A stretch of 37,878 nt of DNA from Asterionella formosa (taxonomy: Eukaryota): assembly GCA_002256025.1 (NCBI GenBank), contig NKIB01015166.1, forward strand, positions 1 through 37,878, written 5' to 3'. Every line of letters begins with the position of its first letter. Position 1 is the stretch's first letter. Shown one piece after another: positions 1-11,700 of the stretch. The notes under the pieces were generated by a model. It was not told the DNA's origin. It ran no database searches and saw only the letters and a program-made list of their open reading frames with translations. The position numbers were made by a program, and so were the translations under genes.

Positions 1-526
1 GAGACTTTTTCAAGATAATTTACAGATTAACTCACTGGGGGAACTACTTTTGAATATATTATGATAGCATCAATAGCAATTGTTTTCTTGTTAACAATAT
101 ATGACAACCACCAATTTCAGGTCACCAGAAGGTATTATGATATAAGATAGTATCAATATCTTCGAAAGGACAACATTTCTATTACCTGATTACATTATGT
201 CTTGTATGATTAACCATGCTAAGCATAGCCCTATCTTGATAATTTATAATCATCAAGTAAACCTAGGAGGGCCCAATTTTCGCGTACGGGCGCATTGCTC
301 GCATTGTTCTTGATCAGTATACTGTACGTAATATTTACCAGTATCAGTATACCAGTATACTGTTGGATTGGAATAAAGTAACTGTAATAATAACTGGTGG
401 GACTCCCCAATACCATACTGCCTCACGTTAGTAGAAGTATAACTGGTATACTGCTGGAAGCCAAAAAATGGCTCGCAGTTAACTGCAGTATAAAATCACC
501 GACCTATGTCTGGTCCTACATAGACC

Positions 527-628
527 TACCGGTATGTAGTCCATGATCGTATTTTACTGCTACATAGGTACTGGTAATTCTGCATCATATTACGTAACAA
601 ACAGGTAGACTACCGGTACCTGGTACCC
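527..628. promoter_or_regulatory. GGTACC/TACCGGTA palindromic cluster upstream of the ERGIC-family gene
   Basis: taccggta at 527-534 and taccggtacctggtaccc at 611-628, about 180-280 bp before ATG 808. The regulatory role is inferred only from position. Confidence 0.5.
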
Positions 629-807
629 TGTATAGCGGAATACATATGACAAGTAATCGTCCTATGGAATGTATTCGACAATGTGTATAATCAATATCCT
701 TTGGGACCACCTGGCTGATTCAAAGCTGTGCCAATATAAAATAACTCAATTCCACCGACGCGAGACTTCCGTCGTTGGTTCAAATTCAAACTCTCAACAG
801 ATTTCCA

Positions 808-1917
808 ATGTTGCGAAAGATAGATGCGTTTGGAAGGCCGAGGGAAGATTTGCGAGAAAAATCGGCGTTGGGAGGCTTTATTACAGTGGTGGCGTCGTCT
901 GTAGCTGCTTTCCTATTTCTTGCACAACTTTACCTGTACATTTCCGGTTCGACAAGGCATTCCCTAAGTCTTGCTGACTCAGAAAGCTTTCCTGTTCCTC
1001 ATTTGATGGAGGAAAAAATGCTTCCTCCTCATATTAGTACAAGAAATAGTGCATCCCGCATTCGCCTCAAATTTCACGTGACCTTTCCGTACCTTCGTTG
1101 CAATCAATTGGATGTAGCTCATGACAATGCCTCCTTTGCGATGGGCGAAATTCAAAAGATCCACGGGAAGAATTCTGTGACAATGAGAACTCCTACATAC
1201 GAAGAAATGAAACCTTGGTCTGGCAATGAAGCTGAGGCGGTGAATGCATGTACTATCATTGGCGACTTCAGAATACCGAAGGTTGGAGGGTCATTGAGTA
1301 TTACCTTGGCAAAGTCAGCCTGGGCAGACGTCACGGCTTTTCTAGTAATGGGAATATTCAACCACCAACGCTCTAGAGGTGCTCAGGCCAAGAACAAGAA
1401 CCGCGACCACAATGTCAGGTAAGTGCACTTATTAGAATGCGTGAAGGTTTGAATTTTGGTTTTCCCCAATTCTCTCAAACTCAACATGCCCCCAAGTCAC
1501 TACATTCATTCCATCGCATTTGGAAAAGAATTTCCTTTGACAAAAAATCCTCTTGAAAAGGCTAAATACGCAATTGAGAACGACTCGGGGGGCCTTGCAT
1601 TGACACAATTAGCTGTGAAATTGATCCCAACAAAATACAAGACCTTTTGGGGATCCCGTGATATGTATCAGCTCTCAGTCACTGATCACATCATACAGCC
1701 TGACACATTGGCCACTCAAGGAAGTCAATTCTTGCCTGGCATGTCTATTTCGTATGACTTCACCGCTTTGGCAGTTCATCACGTAGAGTGGAGAGACAAT
1801 GTTTTTGTGTTTGCATCATCGCTAATCAGCATTGTTGGTGGTGTCTTTGTAACAGTATCATTACTTACTGGATGTTTGGTGCATTCTGCAGCAGCAGTAG
1901 CAAAGAAGATTGATTAG
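808..1917 (+). CDS. Erv46/Erv41/ERGIC-family ER-Golgi vesicle protein, 2 exons (808-1418, 1497-1917), about 343 aa
   Basis: Starts MLRKIDAFGRPREDLREKSALGGFIT plus a TM helix (ERGIC_N pattern). The GTAAGT..AAG intron 1419-1496 restores NVSHYIHSIAFG. C-terminal ISYDF...SLISIVGGVFVT TM segment and KKID di-lysine ER-retrieval motif. Confidence 0.9.
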
Positions 1918-2580
1918 AGTGAGTAATACAGGACCATTACCACCACTGACAAGGAATTCTATCTTAGGCATTCACCATATCCTCTCTGTTTGACATCACT
2001 GCCTGTAGCTAGTACGAACATCATGGACTCCTTTTTTCTCTTCGTCTCCATCTTCGTTTCCACCCAGTCTGCAACCACTAAGAGTTCCTAGTGGGCTCAT
2101 ATTTCCCAAGTACTGCACTGATCTCTAGATACCTTGACTTGATAACCACACTTCTTCATTCCCTTGTTGGATTGGGCTCAACTGCCAGTTCATATATGGG
2201 ACTCTGCATATTCGAAATTGAACAAAGAATACTGCAAATTTATTTGAACAACATACTGCTGTGATGATTTCATGATTGCAAGTTTCTAATTCCTTCTAAA
2301 ATCTGTGCTTCTTGAAAAGTTCATCATACAACACTTCAACATAAAGCAGGGACAACCAACTGGTGGAGTACTACTGGTATGCTAAACCATAAATACAGAT
2401 TCTAATTGTAGCACTTAATATGTAAAATTTGAAAGACACACTTTTTATCTAAGTATAAAGGCGAGCATAATAAGGACTAGACAAATACATTTATCAAGCA
2501 GCAAGGATTCCGCTGGTAGTAGATTTACGCAGCCTTCCGGGTTCCCTGTAGGGAATAAGCACGAAAACGACGCCATCACC

Positions 2581-4300
2581 ATGGCAAAAGCTCACTCGCA
2601 CGCCAATGGCGGTGCTGGAAGTGGAAAGCAAAAGCACTCATCATCTACACGAACTAGCGGCAATGAAGTGGTGAAAGAACGAGAGGAAATCACGGGAAAA
2701 AAGAGAAAAAAGTACCAATTAATGCATTTAACTATGATCGCGACGATGTTGAACAAGCGCTGGCGTCGAAGCATGAAGTGTTCGCAGCAAAGCTGGAGAG
2801 AGCAAAGGAAACCGCGAAAGAATACGTACTACTACGCAAGCAGCACAACATTCAGGCAGCACAACAGGAACAGGATAAAGAGTTCAAGTCGATCCTTAAA
2901 GAAGGTCACCGGGCAAAAACCAGAGCTGCTAATACGCTTCTTGCGGCTGGCGGAACACAAGGTAATCTGATGGACATGGAACTCGCACAGCATGACAGCA
3001 AATCTTCCTTGAATCCAGGAACTGCAATGCCTCCTCCATCACAAATTGCGAGTCCATTGGACACAAAAATGAAAGTATCGCCCAGCATTCAGGGTACAAC
3101 ACTCAATGTTGAGGCACTTGGGCTACCAATGATACAGTAGAAAATGAAGGTCAGAGTTACAGTAAAGACTACAAAATCTATCATTGAGAATGACATTGAG
3201 AATGAAAAAGATTTCTTTGAACAAGCGCAGGTTTTACTTGGCAAGATGTTAGAGCTTGATCCTGCACTGCGGCTCGTTTCTCTGGAGACAACAACAGAAG
3301 ACATTTCGATTCATGCCCTGAGAGGTTTGTTGTCTGAGACTCGAGAGAAGTATATCATCCAATGCACTGCTCCAAAACAGCAGCATATTGATAGTTTTCT
3401 TCATATCAGGTCTCATCATTCCAGCAATACACTCAAGCGACATGTTCTAACATATCTCAAGTCATCCAAAGTGTATATGGAGGAGTACTACCTAAAGAGT
3501 CTTGAAGAGGTCCAAGTAGGATGGTTGTTCGGAAAAAATTGTTTTCTAGTTTCAAGTGGGGGGGGGGGGGTAATCTTGGCTATATAAAATGCTGGGCACC
3601 ACAGCACTTGAGATGGATTATCAGATCTGTATGCAGAGTATCAGGTTTCAGAAATTCGGCATTAATTATTCTTCTCACGCTTGGGTGATCAGCACCAGTA
3701 AAAGAACAGCAATGCAAACCTACATTGCGAAAAATTTCTGAAACTTCAACAGTGGGTTTCTAAACTTCGCAACCAAAGAGGACTATGAATCAATTGCACA
3801 ATACTATTCCATGCAAACATGGATTCTCACTAGTACTTGCAGGACAACATTGATGCATGAGTTCACTGATGTGGATACCCCATTGTGTTTACAGGGAAAA
3901 ACCACAACATTTAGAAACTTCATGTTAGAGTCTGTTGATGCATCAGGAAATTGCTTGTCCCACTTGGTGGAGCTACCACGCTAAAAGATAAGCAAGCAGT
4001 TGCAGCCCTTCTAACAAGGTTCAAGAAGCTACCAATCATGGTTCCGACAAGGAGTGTCCCTGGGAATTCAGATACATTGGATGTTTCCACAACTGCAGAG
4101 GTAAAAAGGATTGATTCTAAGAAACAACAAGGACAACAAAAATGAAAATATAATGGAATACTCAACTATGGATGCAACCACAGAGCATAAAGAGAGCACA
4201 TCCAAAGTGACAGCAACAATATATCAAACAAGAATATAAACAGTGCTGCTAAACCAGAGTTTGATCTGATTGCAAAAGATACAGATAGGCCAAACAATAC
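2581..4300 (+). pseudogene. Decayed ORF1-like gene of a non-LTR retrotransposon
   Basis: ORFs 2581-2970, 2778-3140 and 3144-3587 join through one frameshift in an A-run (~2705) and one in-frame TAG (3138-3140). Coiled-coil-like segment, then VLTYLKSSKVYMEEYYLKSLEEVQVGWLFG. Lies next to LINE ORF2 remnants. The 3' limit is approximate. Confidence 0.55.
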
Positions 4301-4399
4301 AGCGATCTGAGCAAAAGAGTTGATCATGAACCAGCCAAAGAATCTCAGTGACAAAGCACAGAATAGTCTCGACATGTCAATACATTAGTGGGGAAATAA

Positions 4400-5380
4400 A
4401 ATTTTAGAAAGTACATTAAAAATAGGCTAATAATCGCACTTGTGCCCATGGGACACAGAAGAAAGAATGGAGCAACATGCGGTATTGAACTCTTGGACGT
4501 CGTTTTTCAAATATGAGGCGAGCTCCCTCTCCAATATCTTGAGCTGTTCCTGGATTGTTTGCTCGAATGGTCGTTTCCACTGTCGTATTCCTTTTTTTAA
4601 TTTATGGGATGGTATTATGTGATATTCTATTTTGACAAGAAAGCTGAAAGAGGAACCTATCAGGGAGTGAAACTCTGTCCGACTGGGAATACAGCTGAAT
4701 GATGATTCGATCAGCGTCTTTGCTAAGCACTACATCAATCTGTTCGTCCTCTGTAGCATCATTGAGGAACTGATTGCGTGATGTCCATTGCCCTATCCCA
4801 AAACTCCAAAGTTCATAAATGAGCGTGCTGGTCCATTGATCGACTATATTCGAGTCGGAGTGTAGAAATCTTGACTTAACAAATACAGAGCATTTGCCTT
4901 GCCCCATTTGACGCTAATGCGACCCTGTAATGCTTGGTCCCACCCTTTGTCTTGTTGATTCGAAAAGGCCTCAAAGGTTGTATGTCCTATCATGTCACTT
5001 GGACATGGGATATCGCCATCTAACCGAACAATCCCTTCCGAAAACCACTTCTCCACCCCAGACCTAAATTTATTCACGACATTGGGGCATGTAAATCTCC
5101 CATCATTTAGCGCTGACCATGTCTCTGCCCATACTTTGCTCCTGAATGGTGGGTAATTTTGTGGACACCGGACAACATGATTGAAGTTCTCATTGAAACG
5201 AGTACATCGTGGGAAACTTCCATCATTTTGTTTCTAGTACTTTCTACATTGTTTCATTGTTGCAAGAAAATCAAATTCCAATTTGAAAAGCGTCATCTGT
5301 TGCGATATACCAGTTATTCTTGCACCTGCTCTATGCCAACATGATGTCTATACATTAATGCCGCCAGATCGCAAATTCAT
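4400..5380 (-). pseudogene. C-terminal part of a non-LTR retrotransposon ORF2 (zinc knuckle and QxxxGW region), Ambal-like
   Basis: Minus-strand translation gives FPRCTRFNENFNHVVRCP (degenerate CPxC...ExxxHxxxC knuckle), then QQDKGWDQALQGRISVKW and WTSTLIYELWSFGIGQWTSRNQFL. Broken by stops and frameshifts. Confidence 0.75.
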
Positions 5381-5391
5381 TTGATCCTTGG

Positions 5392-5700
5392 TTGAAACCA
5401 GCAAAGAAGGCTATTAGTGAAAGTTTCAGCTCTTCAGCAAGCCTCTCAATGGCTCAATGGAATCTTAAGTGGTCATCAATCTATGAAAAAATCTATACCA
5501 GGCTTCCTCAAACACAAGTGGCATCCTGTCAAACATCAGTGCGGCCACAAAGCCGAACAAGCACACAAAATTTCCACTTCCTTAACTCATCCTACACCAA
5601 GACAATAGAAGGAATATGACAGATTAGCACAATCTTGCAACATTTTGATTCTTATCTCATTTGAGAGAGTGTAACTCGCCTCAATTCCCTGGGTGACAGT
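5392..5700 (+). pseudogene. RNase H C-terminal fragment of a non-LTR retrotransposon, inverted relative to the adjacent ORF2 tail
   Basis: Across frames it reads AQWNL..IY...LP / KHQCGHKA / KEYDRLAQ, resembling the (E)WD...HVxGHQD...N..ADxLA RNase H pattern. Confidence 0.5.
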
Positions 5701-6568
5701 GACAGAAGCCACCACATTTGTTGGATTCATATCTGGAGGGCAAAGCTATTTGCTGCCCAGGCCGGTCTTGCCAGGACTCCGCTACTAACCTACTAGAGCA
5801 GTCTAAAGGCGCTTTGCTTATAAGTGAGTTTATATGATATAAAAACTTCACAAATCCCTTGGCTGCTTATATCATCTTTTCTGTACCTGTATGTTTCAGC
5901 TAAATTATTTTGCCCGAACAGCTAGCTTTTATAAGGTTGTACATACTGCCACTGCTCAAACGAACCATGAAATCCTAACAAATAATTATCTAGCTTGCTT
6001 CGATAATATGATTAATATGTGTGTCAAGGGAGTGTGTTTCAGCACTCACCCTCACCACGTCTGTTGGGTTGATCCCAACGCTCTGAGTATCCAGGGCTGA
6101 TGACACCAGGAAGCGCCATGCGGGTTATTATTCTATTTCGCAATTGAATAGTCTTGAGGCGCGATAAATGCGAATTTAATATTATCTTTTGTGTATAATA
6201 CACTATTAGCTAGAGTGTAGACGTTGTGATTGGCTCATCATGTCGCCGTGACCATAACGAAAATATCCACGAAATTTGAGAGCAACGCTTTCCTATTATG
6301 TACATATAATTAAGCACAACAAATAAAATAAAATTGAAAAAGAGTTATTGTTATGTTAAACTGTCTAGCTTTATTCATTGAGAATATCACAGATCTTACT
6401 TGCAAAGTCACTAAAGCTGAAAATGTATTTTCATTTTACACTTTGTAATATTGTGAGCTATCTGTTAATAGTTTATCTAGTCTTGTTTTCGCCTGATTAC
6501 TCATGTAATACTTAAAAAGAATTTTCACAGTTTCCTTGACTTCGTCAATATGATCTTCGTTACTTCGA

Positions 6569-6730
6569 TAATAAGTAAGCATATTGATTTGACAATAATT
6601 AAGCATTACATATTTATTTGACAAGAATAAGTGAGCATCTTATTCACTTTTCAATATGGAAGTCAAGTATCCCAATTCATTTGTAATAAGTGAGCATCTC
6701 AATTCATTTGTCAATAAGTGCTGCATGTCT
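6569..6730. repeat. Degenerate AT-rich minisatellite, about 28-32 bp unit
   Basis: Recurring aataagtgagcatct(c/t)aattcatttg(t/a)c units, about 5-6 imperfect copies. Confidence 0.6.
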
Positions 6731-8417
6731 TGGTTTCTAATCACTAAAAATATTGATCCTTGACTTGTTGGATTACATTTTTTTTATCATTGTAATACCA
6801 CTAATATTGACGACGAAAACAGCTAATTGATGACATTCTCGTGTGTATTGAACATAAGTGTCTGTCCGGCTTCACATTATCCATTTCCGCAGAATGACCG
6901 CCACTTGCATGCTTCCTAATCCCTCAAGGTTGTTTTCGGTGTCAGCGGTTTTGGCAAAACAATGATGTTCTTGTCGAGTTCTCTCCGGCTCATTAGGCTG
7001 AAATCAGTCTCTCTTTGAGGCTCAATATGAAAACCTTAATGTAACTTTCTTTGTTGAACATTCGATACATCGCTGTATAGTTCTTTTTTCTCCCAAATAA
7101 AAGGGCTATACATATTGCTTAACGAAGATAAATTTAAATTTGAAGTACTTATATTTAGTCGTGTGCTTGAAAAATTCAAGGAGCTCTGATGGCATCACTT
7201 CATTTTCTGCTGCCTCTTCAATTACATAATCGCCTTCACTATGATAAAAGAATTCTGGATCACCTTCAGAAAGAATCTTGAAGTGATTTTCAACAGCATA
7301 CAGCTTAGTTGTATCTGCATAATCCACAGTCCCAAGAGCTTTGACCGTAATGGCCATCAAAAGCTCTTTACCTCTTATTTTCTTGAGTCCTCCCTCTTCA
7401 AAACTGTCATTCTTTCATGTCAATTATTCTTTGTTTTATTCACATGATGATTTCGGATCCACAATGATAAGAGAATGTACTTGAAAAGACATGAAACGAC
7501 AGCGCCTTTGTTACTCATTGTCAATTTTCATTTCCGCGCCATTTCGCACAGATAATTTTGATTGACAGGAATCTCATGAAGTTGAATTTATTTTTATACC
7601 TAGAAACTTATTAAAATACATACTTCCAGAAACCTACGGTTCTGCAGGTATAAATTATCTTTTTAGAAATGAAATATTTGACTAATTGACCATGGGGCAA
7701 TTGATGGAAACTACCGACTGAATTCAGTTTGTTAGACTGATTTCAGCCCAGCTGGAGAATCCGTATTCTTTTCATCTGCTGGGGGACATATATATGTGCA
7801 TGGGTTGTTGCTTCATCGATCACTTTCCAGGCTACAGACAATATGACATAGATCTGCCACATGATCAACGTATGATACCGAAGGTGGTGTGTCATAACCA
7901 GATGCATGGCAGAAATCAGGCTGTGAGATGATGTTAAATTCTTCTGCAATCTGACTGCAAGCTCAATGCTAGCTCTTTCTAGACAACCTCAGCCAGTGTA
8001 CAAAGCCTTCTGTTCTAATACCACCTTATTGTGAGCTTATTTGATCTATCTTTTAATCTTTCATACAACCAATTATAAAGGTTCCCTTCCCAAATTGTAT
8101 ATAGATATTCATTGTCAAGTTAGGCATCCAACTCTTAACTCTCAACTGACAACTCCTCAAATCCACTTGTTCTTCCTTAGCAGAACAATCGTGAATTTTC
8201 AATGCTATCTGCTGCATTGCATGTATACCTTTTCTGCAGTGAAATATTGATAACTTAGAACATTCTCCATTCGAATCTTTATCTTGGTCTGCTGATTTAG
8301 TTCTTGGCAATCAATGCTGTTCAAATTCTCAGAGCATTTCAATAAGGGATTTTGGCTGGAATTTTTTACTGGTTGATTAGTTCGACTCAGCTAATATGCA
8401 TGCGGGATCAGTAATCA

Positions 8418-8488
8418 GTACCTGGTACTGGTACCCACCCCTGGTACCAGGTACCATCCACTGTACCAAGTACCTGGTAGGGGGTACC
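8418..8488. promoter_or_regulatory. (GGTACCW)n cluster upstream of the C2-domain gene
   Basis: gtacctggtactggtacccacccctggtaccaggtacc...gtaccaagtacctggtagggggtacc, about 240-310 bp before ATG 8730. Confidence 0.55.
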
Positions 8489-8729
8489 ATCAAATCTTGA
8501 CGAAGGGGAGGCCAAAAGTCACCGCCCTATAATACCGTTAAAACAATTGATGTGTATTCTGAATAAAAAATGTTACAAGGGTAGTCTATGTATATATAAT
8601 AAGAATATATCCATTAAAAACAGTTGTGCTGAGACATATGTAGAGTGCTGCCAATGATCACAGATGCTTCCATCCCGTTGATTGCCTTGTAAGAGTCCTC
8701 TTTTTACATAACTATTTCATTCAGTTGCA

Positions 8730-11700
8730 ATGGCTCAACTCTCCCGATCAAATGAATCTTCATTCCCGGTCGTTTCTTTCGTGACAAAAGGATTCTCGAC
8801 GATAGCAAGGCCATTTCTTGAATTGGGAGAAGCCATAATTCACTCTGTGATTCCCGAAGAAGGTGATGAAAACGACACGGACTTTGACGAGGAAGCTGCT
8901 GCTGCTGCTCTTGATGATAGACTTTCTCTGGAAGGAACTCTGTACCATAGGAAGGGAAAGTCAACTGGAAGGACTCCATGGAAGCGAAGGCGAGTAATCC
9001 TGGATTTTGAAAATGGCGGGTCGCTTTCGATATTTCAACTTCCGAAGAAAGATCCTTCGAAGGTTATAAGGAAAATGTACACTAAGATTCATAGATCCCT
9101 GTCTATAAATGGAGGCACGAATCTAGAAGGAGACAGTCAAGATTTGCTTATATACCTGTCGTGTGAAATACCATGGACGGTGAAAGATGTTGATGACTCC
9201 TCGTCATTTCTCGTAGAAATTCCGACAGACAATCATACGTTTATGGTTCTTCCTGGTATTCAAAATAAGCCTGATGCAGACGTGGAATCATTGGCAGCGA
9301 GCTTTGATGGTGAAAACTCGGAAGGAGGAACTCTAACGTTGCAGGTGACGAATACCACGCGACAGTCGCTCACCCATGATTTTGAAACAGCGAGAAAAAA
9401 GAAGAAGCCTGTGAGATTTTATTTCCAGTGTCCGCGAAAGGAGAATGAAAAGACGTTATGGTTAAGAGCCTTTGCAAAGCTGAGTAGGCTGTCGAATGAA
9501 ACCCGACGAAAGTACTTCTTTTTCGAAACAATTGGGCATCTCACCAAAGGTAGCAGTCGAATTCGAACCGATACGAGTGCGCAATTTCTGCGAGAATCAC
9601 GGCAACTGGAGATGGGAACCATGAATGCAATGAGAGAAATGTCAGTTTCAGGACTTCATGATGATGTTGAAGAACTATTGCGAAGTACAGCGGAGGACAA
9701 AAGCGCCGGAGGGCATCGCGAATTCCGCGTTGAACCCAATTATTGCTATCCTCACACTTGGATGACAAGGGAGGAAATGAAAGAAGAAAGCATTCTACCT
9801 TCGTCCACTTTTTATGACGTGAGACAAGAATCTCTGAAAGGCCTCGAAATAGGTGTTATAAGGGTCGAGGTACTTTCTTGCCTGGGACTGCCAAAATCGG
9901 ACCGATCTTCGGAGACTGATGCTGTGGTTTACCTAGTATGCGGTGCATATGCCTTTGCCACAGATGTTATTCCTGACAACAAGAATCCAATTTGGCTCAA
10001 GAAAACGCGCCGTGCATGTATCTTCCCAGTGGACCATGGTTATGCTCGATTGTATGTTGGGGTATTTGATGCGGACAACAAAGTCCGGGACGATTTTGCT
10101 GGTCGTGTAGTGATCGATCTTGCTCGATTGAGACCAGGTTCCGAATATGATGTGATGTTGCCTCTGAGACTGTCTGCCCATGTATATTCTAGACGGCCAA
10201 GAGGAGCTATTCGATTGAGATTTCAGTTGGATTGGAAGAGTGAACGAGCTGCTTTGATGTCTTATATTCCAAGGAAAGTGAAGTTTCGAGATTTCCAGCC
10301 TCGGCGTGACACTACTGTTGCGTGCACAAATGCAAAATCTTTTCGAAATGTTGCAATTACTATCCATGGCGCAGATCTTCCTGGGAAATTTTCCTTTAAT
10401 CACTTCAAGGCGGTGACCCGTGAAATGAATTTCACTCGAAAGATGATGGTTCTGGTTGTCCTCACCACTATCAAGAATACAATTTCATGGGTAAATCCAG
10501 CCTTGTCAGCCTTTGTTTTCTTTGCTTGGATGCATTGTGTCTATTTGAACTCTTTTGCTTTGGTACCTGCATACTTTCTATCCTTTCTGTTGCTTCTCAT
10601 GATTCGAAATTATGCAAGGTATGGTATAGACGGACCGGCCTCTCGACATTTCTTGCAGCCAACTTGGGAAGAAATGTTTCTTGCTCTGGTTAAACCAAGT
10701 GGTACACAGAACATTGAACCAATAGAAATGACGACTCGAATACTTGCTGGGGCTGGATTGCAGACGTCTCTAGAGCAGTCTGTTTCGCTTGTAGCAATCC
10801 CAAAACACCAAGAAACAAAAACTCACAAACCGCTTGGAAAGCGTTTGCTACGGGGTTTGGGATTCTTAGAATCTAAGGAAGAGCTCGATGGGATGACTCC
10901 AGATGAGCGTCATTTGGAATTCCCATTCTCTCGTGGATCAGATTACCCAAAGCACTTGATAAAGGATTCTCTGGTTGTGAATGTTACCAAGCGAGAGAAG
11001 GGCAAAGGAAAAAACAATAAAGCTGCAGGAAGCATCCATCAGTCCAAAACAATTGTTGAGAAATCTGCAGAAATACCCAGTTTGGAGACAGATGAGTACT
11101 TTCCAAGCTTCGACGATGACGACGATGGTAGTGACGAGAATGAAACCATCACTGAACTCAAGCATCGCAATAGTTCACTCATTTCTAATTCTACAAGTTA
11201 TGATGAAGATGAACTGTCCAACTCACTACCATCTCAGCATTCTCATCGATCTGAGATTCCCTATGAGCTGTTACCTCCGTATCTGAGAATTCCAGAACAA
11301 GACATTGATCGCCAAGGGCCTAGCAGTGGCACCAAACTTTCAGATGACATGGCAGAAATCAAGGAGCAAATGCACAAATTCACATGTCACCTTTTCAATG
11401 ATAAAACTCACATTATCAAACATAACGAAGCCGTTTACTTTGGATCAGTGACAAAGCAAGGAACCAAGAGAAGAAAACATGACGTTGACACCGAATTGCA
11501 AAGATTACTGCAGACAGGGCAATATTCTCATGGTAATATTATTGTCTCGAGAATTGGTCAGTATCTTGAACCTCTTGTAGGCGGAGCACAGGCTTGGCTG
11601 TGTGGTTGCCGTGCTGCCGTCAATATTTACACTTGGCAAGACCCATTCCTGTCTTTTTGGGTTTCCTTACTTGGTATTGTCACAGTTGCCATCTTGTTTG

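Noticed and set aside
775..807. ORF-track start at 775 and a separate ORF at 1456
   Set aside because: These are non-ATG starts. ATG 808 plus one intron gives a single family-consistent protein.
1990..2370. Coding-like minus-strand stretch downstream of the ERGIC-family gene
   Set aside because: Multiple stops in all frames and no identifiable family.
2368..2383. 16-mer gtactactggtatgct repeated near 32373
   Set aside because: Flanks do not align, and such a match is plausible by chance in gtac/ctgg-rich sequence.
3558..3570. Poly-G run as a G-quadruplex element
   Set aside because: A single homopolymer inside a decayed ORF, as easily slippage or a sequencing artefact.
6090..6140. Hammerhead ribozyme from CTGATGA at 6097
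   Set aside because: No stem II followed by GAAA downstream. The minus-strand GAAAC lacks a preceding CUGANGA.
6840..8310. Minus-strand fragments as a MULE/hAT transposase (for example RHLCSIH)
   Set aside because: Motifs are too short and broken to assign a family by eye.
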